From positions 1 to 61,292 of the forward strand of contig CAMVLZ010000005.1 in the NCBI GenBank assembly GCA_947168485.1: 61,292 nt of DNA. Reading direction: 5' to 3'. Position 1 is the stretch's first letter; each line of letters begins with the position of its first letter. Source of the stretch: an uncultured Bacillota bacterium. GTDB lineage: Bacteria; Bacillota_I; Bacilli_A; RF39; UBA660. The notes under the pieces were generated by a model. It saw only the letters and a list, made by a program, of their open reading frames with translations. It was not told the origin of the DNA and searched no databases. The position numbers were made by a program, and so were the translations under genes. This document shows positions 46,833-55,925 of this stretch, piece after piece.

Positions 46833-47327
46833 CTATCTAATATATTTATTTTTCTTAGTATCTATATCTATTCCTCTATCATCTAAATAATTACAAATTT
46901 CATCATATCTCATTAAATCATTAAATATAGTTCTTCTCATATTTCTATCTATTTCATATTCATATTTTTCTTCTATTAAATCTTTTCTATCCATAAAATA
47001 ATGATCAGAATAAATAACTATATTCTTTAAATCACTAATAGGTAAATTATCAATAGAAATATCAGTTAAAGTCCAACATAACCCAACATCACTATAATCA
47101 TCTAAATTATTATAATTATATGATTCAAAAAAATAATTATTATTTCCACCTAATCTGACATTTTTTACTATAGGTAAAGATTCATCTTTAAAAACATTTT
47201 GATATTTCTCTTCATCTAAATATCCAATTTTCTCAACAAAAACATAACTCAAGCATTCACTAACTTCTATACCCATATTATTCTTTTCATAACATCTTAA
47301 TTCTGCTAAATTATATCTTTTTTTCAT
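46833..47327 (-). CDS. Hypothetical protein inserted between sufU and sufB
   Basis: 164-aa ORF overlapping sufU by 17 nt and ending 10 nt before sufB. No recognisable motif, TM or signal peptide. Confidence 0.5.
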   Translation of the reverse strand: MKKRYNLAELRCYEKNNMGIEVSECLSYVFVEKIGYLDEEKYQNVFKDESLPIVKNVRLGGNNNYFFESYNYNNLDDYSDVGLCWTLTDISIDNLPISDLKNIVIYSDHYFMDRKDLIEEKYEYEIDRNMRRTIFNDLMRYDEICNYLDDRGIDIDTKKNKYIR

Positions 47328-47745
47328 CTAATTCCTCCAACATCTTATTAATAGCCTCTAAAGGTACTAAAGCACATTTAATTCTATTAGGTTGTTTAGA
47401 AATAGTATCATAAACTAACAATTCCCCAAGTAATTCTTTATCATAATCTTTTTCTTCTATCATATTCTTATAATTAGTTAATAATTTCTTAACATAATCA
47501 ATATCTTTTCCAATTAAAGATCTAATCATAATACTAGAAGCAGAAGTAGATATAGCACATGCCTCTCCATCAAATCTAATATCTTTAACAATATTATCTT
47601 CTATTTTCATCATAAAATCTAAATTATCTATACAACTCTCACTAGCTTGATTAACTTTTAAATAACTAGAATCATCTATTAACTCTTTATTCATTGGATT
47701 TTGATAATTATCTATAATAATATCTCTTTTTAAATTCTCATCCAT
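47311..47745 (-). CDS. sufU: SufU-type (IscU-like) sulfur-transfer/scaffold protein
   Basis: Three conserved Cys contexts: ESCIDN, GEACAIS and RIKCALVP. Confidence 0.85.
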   Translation of the reverse strand: MDENLKRDIIIDNYQNPMNKELIDDSSYLKVNQASESCIDNLDFMMKIEDNIVKDIRFDGEACAISTSASSIMIRSLIGKDIDYVKKLLTNYKNMIEEKDYDKELLGELLVYDTISKQPNRIKCALVPLEAINKMLEELDEKKI

Positions 47746-48936
47746 TTAAATTACCTCTCTTAATATATTATCATTATCCAATACTTCTACTAATTTATCT
47801 ATCTCTTCTTTTGTATTATAAAAGTATAATGATACTCTAACAGTATTAGAAACACCTATTTCTTCATCAAGTAACTTAGCACAATGATTACCTGCTCTAA
47901 CACAAATATTATGTTTATTTAAGTAAATAGAAACATCTTGAGCAAACACACCATCTACATTAAATGATAATATTCCACTATGACTAGTTTTATTATACAT
48001 AATAATTTTATTATTTTTCTCTAACTTAGAAACTAAGTATTTTTTTAATTCAACTTCATATTTATGAATCTTATCCATACCTATTTTTTCTAAATATAAA
48101 ATAGCTTCTCTAAGTCCAATAACTTCTCCTATAGGAGGAGTACCTGCTTCAAAACGAGTCTCATCACTATGAAGTTCATAACTACCATCATTATAAAAAT
48201 CTAAGTTCATTCCTCCACCTAAAAATATAGGTTTCATATCTTTAGATAATTCACGTCTAACAACTAAACATCCTACTCCAGTAGGTCCAATCATCTTATG
48301 AGCAGAAAAAGATAAAAAGTCTATTCCTAATCCATCAAAATCAACACTCATATGAGGAATACTTTGAGCTCCATCTACACATAAATAGATATTATTACTC
48401 TTACATAATTTACTAATAGATTTAATATCTCTAACATCACCAATAACATTACTAACATGAGCTATACTTATAACTTTAACTTTATTATTAATCATCTTTT
48501 CTAAAGAATCTAAATCTATTTCAAACTCTTCAGTTAATGGAATATATTCAATCTCTATACCAATTTCTTCTTTTAATCTAAACCAAGGTAAAACATTAGA
48601 AGCATGTTCTGCCTTATTTAATAAAACTACATCTCCTTTTTTAAGATGGTTTTTCATAAAACTAGTAACTAAATAATTAATACTCATAGTAGTACCACTA
48701 GTAAAAATAACTTCACTATCTTTAGCATTAACAAACTCTCTAACAGTATCTCTAGCACTATCATAAAGTTCATTTGTCATTAATGCAGCATCATAATCCC
48801 CTCTATGAATATTAGAAGTAAATTTAGAATAATAATCAATCATACTATTAATAACAGAATTACTTTTCAAAGTAGTCGCACCATTATCAAAATAAATTAA
48901 TTTATCACTAATCATAGGAAAATCTTCTCTATTCAT
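47746..48936 (-). CDS. sufS: Cysteine desulfurase, SufS subfamily (PLP-dependent)
   Basis: SFSAHKMIGPTGVG (PLP Lys) and RAGNHCA (catalytic Cys). Confidence 0.95.
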   Translation of the reverse strand: MNREDFPMISDKLIYFDNGATTLKSNSVINSMIDYYSKFTSNIHRGDYDAALMTNELYDSARDTVREFVNAKDSEVIFTSGTTMSINYLVTSFMKNHLKKGDVVLLNKAEHASNVLPWFRLKEEIGIEIEYIPLTEEFEIDLDSLEKMINNKVKVISIAHVSNVIGDVRDIKSISKLCKSNNIYLCVDGAQSIPHMSVDFDGLGIDFLSFSAHKMIGPTGVGCLVVRRELSKDMKPIFLGGGMNLDFYNDGSYELHSDETRFEAGTPPIGEVIGLREAILYLEKIGMDKIHKYEVELKKYLVSKLEKNNKIIMYNKTSHSGILSFNVDGVFAQDVSIYLNKHNICVRAGNHCAKLLDEEIGVSNTVRVSLYFYNTKEEIDKLVEVLDNDNILREVI

Positions 48937-48947
48937 AATTTACCTCC

Positions 48948-49529
48948 TTATATCTTTTCTATTTCATCTACAAAATCTTTAATCTTCTCTCTATCAACAC
49001 TATCAGTATTTAATAAAAATCCCTCTAATAACAACTTATAACTATCATGTCTATTAATACCTCTACTCATTAAATAGAACAATAAACTCTCTTTAAATTT
49101 ACCAATATAAGCACTATGATTCGCACTAACATCATAATTATCAACTAATAAATTAGGCCAAATCTTACTTTTACCATCATGAATATTAATAATTTGATTA
49201 TCTTGATTACAATTACAATTATTACTACTCTTAGGAATAAAACCATCTACCCAATAATGTAATTTATTATTATTAATATTTACACCATGATTATAAACAT
49301 AACTAATAGTATTACTCTTATTATGATTAATTCTAATCTTAAACTCATTATCATCATAATTAATATTATTATAATAATAATCTAATCTAATATTCTCTTC
49401 ATTTAAATTAATTTCTACTTTATAACTCTTATTAATATTAAAATGATAAATAACAGTATCCTCATCTAAATCAAAAACATAATTATCTTTCAATCCATCT
49501 ATATAAATAACATTACTCATCTTTACCAT
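48948..49529 (-). CDS. sufD: Short SufD-like protein (about half the usual length)
   Basis: Located between sufC and sufS. Has the C-terminal FYLMSRGINRHDSYKLLLEGFL motif shared with SufB/SufD. Only 193 aa. Confidence 0.65.
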   Translation of the reverse strand: MVKMSNVIYIDGLKDNYVFDLDEDTVIYHFNINKSYKVEINLNEENIRLDYYYNNINYDDNEFKIRINHNKSNTISYVYNHGVNINNNKLHYWVDGFIPKSSNNCNCNQDNQIINIHDGKSKIWPNLLVDNYDVSANHSAYIGKFKESLLFYLMSRGINRHDSYKLLLEGFLLNTDSVDREKIKDFVDEIEKI

Positions 49530-50262
49530 CCACTATCTCATAACCATTTTTCTCTATATCATGAGCTAATTTAATATCACCAGTCATTTTAATATTTCCA
49601 TCTTTTAAAATATGAACAAACTTTGGTTTAATATACTCAAGTATTCTAGGATAATGAGTAATAATAAGAACAGAAGTATTAGGATTATCTTTTATATAAG
49701 AATTAATATTCTTACAAACAATCTTCAAACTATCAACATCTAATCCAGAATCTAACTCATCTAAAATAATAAACTTAGGTTTTAACATCTTTAATTGAAG
49801 AATCTCATTCTTTTTCTTTTCTCCACCACTAAAATCTTTATTAAGAGATCTATGAGTCATATTAGTATCTAATTTTAAATCTTTCATATTAGATTCCATA
49901 TCCTTAATAAATTGATATAAATTAGTCTTTTCACCACTAACAGAATTCATTGCAGTTCTAATGAATTCACTATTACTAACACCATCAATAACAGTAGGAT
50001 CTTGCATAGAAAGAAATATTCCTAGTTTAGCTCTTTCATCTACACTAAGTTTTAATAATGATTTTCCATCAAAAGTAATATCACCATCAATAACTTCATA
50101 TTGATAATTACCCATAATAGTTTTAGCTAATGTACTTTTACCAGTACCATTAGGTCCCATTATCGCATGAATTTCACCATCATTAATCTCTAAATCTAAT
50201 TTATCTAAAATATTAATATCACTATCTACTACTCTAGTAGATAAATTAGTAATTTTTAACAT
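49513..50262 (-). CDS. sufC: Fe-S cluster assembly ATPase SufC
   Basis: Walker A GPNGTGKST, ABC signature FSGGEKKK, Walker B FIILDELDSGLD. Confidence 0.95.
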   Translation of the reverse strand: MLKITNLSTRVVDSDINILDKLDLEINDGEIHAIMGPNGTGKSTLAKTIMGNYQYEVIDGDITFDGKSLLKLSVDERAKLGIFLSMQDPTVIDGVSNSEFIRTAMNSVSGEKTNLYQFIKDMESNMKDLKLDTNMTHRSLNKDFSGGEKKKNEILQLKMLKPKFIILDELDSGLDVDSLKIVCKNINSYIKDNPNTSVLIITHYPRILEYIKPKFVHILKDGNIKMTGDIKLAHDIEKNGYEIVDGKDE

Positions 50263-50315
50263 TTAAACCACTCCTATAAACTATATTATATAATAACATA
50301 ATTTTTCTAAATAAT

Positions 50316-50340
50316 AAAAAAAATCAACATAAGTTGATTT
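50316..50340 (-). terminator. Rho-independent terminator upstream of the suf cluster
   Basis: Stem AAATCAAC/GTTGATTT followed by a T-run on the minus strand. Confidence 0.6.
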
Positions 50341-50341
50341 T

Positions 50342-52282
50342 TTAATATCTATCATTTCCAAGTATACTTTGAGCATCCTCAAGTATTTTCGCAAGATTAT
50401 TGCTACCTTCAACTTGACTTCTTAAATTAGATAATTCTTCAGTTTGAGAATTAATAATTCTTTCTTTATCTCTAACTCTATCTTCTAAACTATCCATTTG
50501 AGCTTTTAATCTATCAATTTGATCTTCATAATTTTGAATAGATGATCTAATTCTATCTCTATCTTCTTTAGCTCTATCTACTACTTTTCTATTTAAATCA
50601 GTTAATTCTTTAACTTGATTTCTATATTCATCTAATTCATTCATTTGATTCTTATTAGCTTCAATTAATCTAGTTATAGTATTTGCTGCAGTATCCATAA
50701 TACTTCCTCCAGTATTACTTCTAGGAGCAGAATAACTATAAGAATCATTATAATTAGATTTAATATCTAAATTCTTAACAGTATCTCTTCTAGTTAAATC
50801 ACTTAAGAAATCATCAAAATTATCTTTTCTCTCTTTTCTTTCTATTCTTTCTTCTCTTCTATTCATAACACTATCTAAATCTCCAAATAAATCTTCATTT
50901 TCATCATTAGATGCAAATTTATGATCAAAATTAACTTCATCTAATAAATTATCATCTTCTATTTTTTCTACTTTAGATTCTTCTTCCTCATCTTCAACAA
51001 CATTAAATTTATTATAATCTAATGAAGGTATAGAAATAGGTTCTTCTTCGATAGTATCTGTTTTTACTTCACTAAATGGTAAATCGAAATCATTTTCTTC
51101 AACTTCTTCTTCTTTAGGAGTAAATGGTACTGAAATCATTTCTTCTAAACCTGCATATGCTGGAGAAGGAACTGAAATCATCTCTTCAGGATTATAACTT
51201 TCTTCAGCAACTGGTACTTCTGGAACAACAACTTCATTTTGTTCTTGTACAGGTACTGAAATAACATCAGCTAAGTCTTCTGTAGACTCTTGTGCCACAG
51301 GTACTTCTGGTACTTGAGGAACAACTTCTTCTTGAGCAACCGGTACTTCTGGAACAACAACTTCACTTTGTTCTTGTACAGGTACTGAAATAACATCAGC
51401 TAACTCTTCTGTAGATTCTTGTGCTACAGGAGGTACTACAGGTACATCTGGAGCAATTGCTTCTTGAGCAACTGGTACTTGAGGCACTGGAATATCAGCA
51501 GGAGCAACAGTATCAGTTTGAGCAACAGGTGCTGCTTCAGATAATGTCTCAGTAGTAGCATCTGCACTAACAGCAGGAACTTGTTCACCATTCATAGCAT
51601 TATCTATTACAGTCTTATCAACATCAACATCATTAACATCAATATCAGTGAATCCAGCATTAATTGGAACTTCACCATTAGGTACATTAGTAGTATCATT
51701 TAATGTCATAGTAGCTAATGAGAACTTATCTAATGCACTTTCTTTAGTATTATCACTTAAGAATATAGTATCAGAATTCTTATTTATAGCAATAAAACTA
51801 TAATACTTATCATTAACTAAATTCTTACCATCTAAATCAAATAAACTTGCTTCACTAAATTGATCATTAAATAGAAATCTACCATCAGTTCCCATTTCAG
51901 AAAAAACTTTATCTTTAACCAATGCAGTAGTACTAACTAACTTAGTAGCAGCAAGTGGATCTTTTCTAGTTTCACATGCTTCAATAACACAAGGAGATAC
52001 TGGTGTTGATTTTTCTACTAATAAAATATCTTTAGTAACTAACTTAATATTTTTATTCTCACAAGGTATTACAATATTCCCTTCAGCATCAATAACACCA
52101 ACATTAGAATGAACAACTGAAGAATCTATTGCCTCAACTAATGTAGAAGTAACTATAATATTATTATTAGACAACTTACTGTCATTCAAAAAGTAGAATT
52201 GACGGCCATCATCCGTAATCCCATAAGTACAAATAATATCGCTACGATCTTTATATTTTACTAACCCCTTTTGAATTTTCAT
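50342..52282 (-). CDS. Hypothetical protein: globular N-terminal domain, Pro/Val/Glu-rich tandem repeats, C-terminal coiled coil
   Basis: 646-aa ORF with no signal peptide or TM. Internal repeat is STEELADVISVPVQEQSEVVVPEVPVAQE. Confidence 0.55.
   Translation of the reverse strand: MKIQKGLVKYKDRSDIICTYGITDDGRQFYFLNDSKLSNNNIIVTSTLVEAIDSSVVHSNVGVIDAEGNIVIPCENKNIKLVTKDILLVEKSTPVSPCVIEACETRKDPLAATKLVSTTALVKDKVFSEMGTDGRFLFNDQFSEASLFDLDGKNLVNDKYYSFIAINKNSDTIFLSDNTKESALDKFSLATMTLNDTTNVPNGEVPINAGFTDIDVNDVDVDKTVIDNAMNGEQVPAVSADATTETLSEAAPVAQTDTVAPADIPVPQVPVAQEAIAPDVPVVPPVAQESTEELADVISVPVQEQSEVVVPEVPVAQEEVVPQVPEVPVAQESTEDLADVISVPVQEQNEVVVPEVPVAEESYNPEEMISVPSPAYAGLEEMISVPFTPKEEEVEENDFDLPFSEVKTDTIEEEPISIPSLDYNKFNVVEDEEEESKVEKIEDDNLLDEVNFDHKFASNDENEDLFGDLDSVMNRREERIERKERKDNFDDFLSDLTRRDTVKNLDIKSNYNDSYSYSAPRSNTGGSIMDTAANTITRLIEANKNQMNELDEYRNQVKELTDLNRKVVDRAKEDRDRIRSSIQNYEDQIDRLKAQMDSLEDRVRDKERIINSQTEELSNLRSQVEGSNNLAKILEDAQSILGNDRY
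51213..51430 (-). repeat. Tandem direct repeat with a 129-nt period (1.7 copies, near-identical) inside 50342..52282
   Basis: ggtacttctggaacaacaacttca...tgtgc[c/t]acagg occurs at 51213 and again at 51342. Confidence 0.8.
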
Positions 52283-52386
52283 ATCAACACCACCTAATTA
52301 TTCTACACTTATCATATTTATTTTATCATAAGAAAAAGCAATAAGCAATGATAAAAATAAATATTTTTTTTACATTTTTTTACATT

Positions 52387-52426
52387 AAAAAAAATGAAAA
52401 ATCTATAGTATAAAACTATAGATTTT
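52387..52426 (-). terminator. Rho-independent terminator after the repeat-module ORF
   Basis: 12-bp stem AAAATCTATAGT/ACTATAGATTTT followed by a T-rich tail on the minus strand. Confidence 0.6.
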
Positions 52427-52437
52427 ATTGATTTTTT

Positions 52438-54408
52438 TTAATTCCATTCTGCATATAATTTAACAGTAATATCACTATGTTTAAATTCATTCTTTCTATT
52501 TATTTCATTAGCAAAGGCTTCAACTGTAGAAAAAGTAGTATTTTCTGAAATCTTTTTAGAAGCCGTCGAACTACCAACATGCCATTTTCCAGTAGCAGAA
52601 TGATTAGTATATCTCATAAACAAATTCCAGTGAACCCCATCGGCACTATGACCAGAACTATAATCTCTCAATCCCTTACTAGAGAATCCATCAGAAGTAC
52701 GAACAGCCCCTGCACTCCTAAATACAAGGCCAGATCTATCACCAGTACAACCATCATAATTACTTGATCTGCTACATCCATCTCTATACTCTCGTGGAAT
52801 CGATAATGGACAAGCCTGATCAGCTGAAGCACTCAAATGACCACCGTTAGTATAATACTCTAAATATAATCTATTTTCATCCCAGTTTACATATAAAGTT
52901 TTACTTTTATTACCTTTATCCAAGTCATCGCATATTTTTTCAGTCTTAAGATTGCCATTTATTTGTGTATAAAATTTTCCGTTATTTCTCCAAGCTTTAG
53001 CAGCAGAATCAACATGATACCAATCCTTAGAAGCACTAAAATGTCCAGATGTTGCATCTTTCAAATCACAATAACTTCCATAGTGACAAGTTTGAGTTGT
53101 TGCATTCCTATAAGCTCCAAATTCTCCACCATTAGGATCATATGTGATAGTACATACATTACCAATCCAATTAACTTTCATAGTCTTTGATACATTCCCA
53201 GTTTTCAAATCATCTCCACATAAACTAAGAGCTGTATAAGAACTTCCAATTTGAGTATAAGTACTAGTTCCATCTGTCCAAGCATTAGAAGCATCAATAT
53301 AATATCCTGCTTTTCTTGCTTTATAATGTCCAGAAGCATCTCTCAAATTACAAGAACTATTATAATTACAAGTTTGTTTTTTATCACTACTATTATTGTG
53401 CTCTCCAAAGCTTCCACCGTTAGCATCAAAATTCAAAGTACACACATTAGTATGCCAATTTACATATAAAGTTTTAGCGCTATTGTCATCACCTAAATTA
53501 CTACAAATATCCTCAGCTTTATATGTATTATTAACTTGAGTATATGTAGTAGATCCATTTTTCCATGCATTACCACTTTCTACATGATATCCTATTTTTG
53601 AAGAATTAAATCCAGAACTTGTAGCATTCCTTAAATTACAAGTTTCTCCATAATTACATTTTTGTACAGTTTTATCCGTATCACTATTAAAACTTCCACC
53701 ATTAGCATTATATGTGATAGTACAAACATTAGCACTCCATTGTGCAACTAAAGTAACATCATTTGTCGCCACTGTATCTTTATCAACAGGTTCTGAGCCA
53801 ACTTTCCAACCACTAAAAGTATACCCATCTCTTTCAGGTTTACACAATGTTCCCCATTTAGAACCATGCGTTTGTTTCTTAGTTTTATCACTACATCCTC
53901 TTCCACCATTATCATTATATCTAAGAGTATAAGTATTAATTTCCCAATTAATATACAAATCAACAGTATGATCAGTTTTACGAACATTATTATAAAAATC
54001 CAAATCTGTATAATCAAAATTTTGATTATATGAAGCTCCTGTACCATCAGGTTTTGTATTCCATTCTTTTTTATCAACAGGATGATATCCAGTTTTACCA
54101 ACATTTAACCAATCAGGATTATTACAATTTAATAAACCAGTTGATCCCAAACTACCCCTATATGGAATTCTATGTATGTACAAATTATTATCACCACTAT
54201 GTACAACATTTCCACTATTATCTAAATAATAATGATTACCATTAATTAATTTACCACCATTCGCATGCATCTTTATTAATACATGACCAACATAGTATTC
54301 TACTTTATATTTCCAATTATCATTTCGACTTGTTTTATTATTATCTACATCCTCTATAGTACCATCTAACTCTAATGTATATATAGTATTATCAGTTAAA
54401 TTATCCAT
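52438..54408 (-). CDS. Listeria-Bacteroides-repeat (Flg_new-like) module ORF. The open frame actually extends to 54666 and is in frame with the upstream pilin gene.
   Basis: Contains YTLRYNDNGG...RDGYTFSGWKVG and three Cys-rich repeats of about 95 aa (NVCTITYNANGGSF...LYVNW). No signal peptide, and no SD before the ATG at 54408. See the first finding. Confidence 0.6.
   Translation of the reverse strand: MDNLTDNTIYTLELDGTIEDVDNNKTSRNDNWKYKVEYYVGHVLIKMHANGGKLINGNHYYLDNSGNVVHSGDNNLYIHRIPYRGSLGSTGLLNCNNPDWLNVGKTGYHPVDKKEWNTKPDGTGASYNQNFDYTDLDFYNNVRKTDHTVDLYINWEINTYTLRYNDNGGRGCSDKTKKQTHGSKWGTLCKPERDGYTFSGWKVGSEPVDKDTVATNDVTLVAQWSANVCTITYNANGGSFNSDTDKTVQKCNYGETCNLRNATSSGFNSSKIGYHVESGNAWKNGSTTYTQVNNTYKAEDICSNLGDDNSAKTLYVNWHTNVCTLNFDANGGSFGEHNNSSDKKQTCNYNSSCNLRDASGHYKARKAGYYIDASNAWTDGTSTYTQIGSSYTALSLCGDDLKTGNVSKTMKVNWIGNVCTITYDPNGGEFGAYRNATTQTCHYGSYCDLKDATSGHFSASKDWYHVDSAAKAWRNNGKFYTQINGNLKTEKICDDLDKGNKSKTLYVNWDENRLYLEYYTNGGHLSASADQACPLSIPREYRDGCSRSSNYDGCTGDRSGLVFRSAGAVRTSDGFSSKGLRDYSSGHSADGVHWNLFMRYTNHSATGKWHVGSSTASKKISENTTFSTVEAFANEINRKNEFKHSDITVKLYAEWN
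52866..53736 (-). repeat. Three tandem Cys-rich repeat units of about 95 aa in the module ORF
   Basis: Units begin ANVCTITYNANGGSF, TNVCTLNFDANGGSF and GNVCTITYDPNGGEF, and each ends ..(L/M)(Y/K)VNW. Boundaries are approximate. Confidence 0.7.
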
Positions 54409-54666
54409 ATTAGGAGGATTAGTAACACCTTTAGTCTTAGTAGGTTCATAATTCTTATTATTAAAATTAATAAAACCAGAATATCCATTAATAGGTTTAC
54501 CATTCTTTTTCCATTGATAACTTACTGTTTGATTTGCTTTTAATCCTACTCCTACATCAGTAATAGTAACTTTTAAATTAGGTTGTTCACCAACATAATA
54601 GTAAGGAAAACCAAAACCACTAATATCTTTAATAGTTAGAACAGGTCCCTTACCATCTTCTAATTC

Positions 54667-54669
54667 TCA
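54667..54669 (-). other. In-frame TGA separating the pilin head from the downstream 742-codon open frame
   Basis: Minus strand reads ...AAT GAA TTA AAA CAA TGA GAA TTA GAA GAT GGT AAG..., all in the same frame. Confidence 0.9.
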
Positions 54670-55086
54670 TTGTTTTAATTCATTTGGCTTTTTTCCAGAT
54701 CCATAAACAATCTTATTATTTTCTCTACAAGTAACATAAGGATCATAATTATAATTTCCTTTTTTATTTCTTCTAACATAAATAAAAGTATCTTGTCTTC
54801 CACAATCTGTATTTCTTAATTGAATATCATCAATTAAATCTTTTTCTTTTAAATCCGCATAAGTAACTATAGCACAACCAGTATTGGTAGATCCAAACAT
54901 ATCTTCACTATAAGCATCAGTATATGCTTTACTAGCCATACTAATTGCTTTTTCATAAGCAACAAATTTTTTATCACGATTAGCAGCCTGAATATATTTA
55001 ACAGATGGTATAGCTAAAATCATTATAATACCCATTATCGCAATTGCAACAACTAATTCAATCATTGTAAAACCTTTATTCTTCAT
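54667..55086 (-). CDS. Type IV pilin-like protein (139 aa as terminated by TGA)
   Basis: Class III signal MKNKG|FTMIELVVAIAIMGIIMILAIP with Glu at +5. The pilin head carries a Cys pair (CAIV...C, DC...VTC) and is homologous to the heads of the 650-aa paralogues. Confidence 0.85.
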   Translation of the reverse strand: MKNKGFTMIELVVAIAIMGIIMILAIPSVKYIQAANRDKKFVAYEKAISMASKAYTDAYSEDMFGSTNTGCAIVTYADLKEKDLIDDIQLRNTDCGRQDTFIYVRRNKKGNYNYDPYVTCRENNKIVYGSGKKPNELKQ

Positions 55087-55109
55087 ACAGTAACCTCTAT
55101 TATAAATTA

Positions 55110-55137
55110 ATTATACCATCTACATATGAATAATCAA
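55110..55137 (-). promoter_or_regulatory. Candidate sigma-A promoter of the pilin gene
   Basis: TTGATT (55137..55132), 16-nt spacer, TATAAT (55115..55110), about 24 nt upstream of the ATG. Confidence 0.4.
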
Positions 55138-55190
55138 TCTTATTATTGTATTATAATCATCTTTTAGATAAAATAAATTTAGGTGATTAT

Positions 55191-55916
55191 ATGCAAAAAC
55201 TAAAAATTCAATATGCAATATTCTTAATAATAGTAATATTATTATTCGGAACAATTGTAATTAATCAAAAATTAACCCCTTTCTTTGAAAAGAAAGCTGA
55301 TCAAAAAATAAATACATATATAGAAGAACACTATAAAGATTTAAAAGATATGAATAAAGAACCAACTAAAGAAAATAATAATAGTTATACTAAGATAATA
55401 AGAAATAAATATAATAAAAACTATTATTTTAAAGTAACATATAAAGATAAAACAATAACAAGTACTTATCAAAAAGACTATGTAGAAGGATATTCTTTTT
55501 TAAAGTATATATCTAATAAAATAGAAAAAGATATAAATAAAAAAATTAATAAAAAATACAAAGTACTTATAAACAATAAATTAAATAAGTACTCTGAAAA
55601 TACTAAAAATAATATAATTAAAGAAAAAGACCTATTATCATCAGAGATATACTCTTTAGAAATAAAAATAAATACTAAAACTACTATAAATGATATTACT
55701 AATAGTATTATTTCTATTAATAATAAATTATTAAGTCAAAATATTAAACCAAAGTCATATAACTTTATTATTATAGATTCAACTAGTAAAAAAGAAATTA
55801 AAATAAATAATTTAGTAATAAATAATAATTTAAAATATATAATAAATGATATAATATTAAATAGAAATAGTGATTTATTAAAAAATAATAATATTACTTA
55901 TGAAAAATTAGATTAG
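55191..55916 (+). CDS. Hypothetical N-terminally anchored membrane protein, Lys/Asn-rich
   Basis: Start set at MQKLKIQYAIFLIIVILLFG, preceded by AGGTGA. The TTG start in the ORF track lies inside a TATAAT box (55152..55157). Confidence 0.5.
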   Translation: MQKLKIQYAIFLIIVILLFGTIVINQKLTPFFEKKADQKINTYIEEHYKDLKDMNKEPTKENNNSYTKIIRNKYNKNYYFKVTYKDKTITSTYQKDYVEGYSFLKYISNKIEKDINKKINKKYKVLINNKLNKYSENTKNNIIKEKDLLSSEIYSLEIKINTKTTINDITNSIISINNKLLSQNIKPKSYNFIIIDSTSKKEIKINNLVINNNLKYIINDIILNRNSDLLKNNNITYEKLD

Positions 55917-55925
55917 GAGGTAGTT

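Noticed and set aside
52365-52395. Direct repeat ttttttttacattttttttacatt plus an A8 run in the intergenic region downstream of the pilin repeat-module ORF (52438..54408) and upstream of the 646-aa gene (50342..52282).
   Set aside because: It is a very short, low-complexity AT-rich sequence next to a terminator. It may contribute to a promoter UP-element for the next gene, but nothing is specific enough to call.
52579-54245. Five plus-strand ORFs (52579..52767, 52963..53190, 53251..53469, 53714..53932, 54030..54245) and one alternative-frame minus-strand ORF (53748..54104) inside the repeat-module gene.
   Set aside because: These are shadow ORFs created by the internal repeats. Their products are Ser/Ile/Thr-rich low-complexity sequence, and the main frame carries recognisable domain repeats.
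54667-54669. The idea that the organism reads TGA as Trp (Mollicutes-type genetic code 4), which would make the split pilin an ordinary fused gene.
   Set aside because: - TGA terminates conserved genes at their expected lengths, often in ATGA or GTGA overlaps (stp at 2042, rlmN at 2782, fmt at 4570).
- No conserved gene in the window is broken by an in-frame TGA.
- Trp is encoded by TGG throughout, including within the 86 codons right after this TGA.
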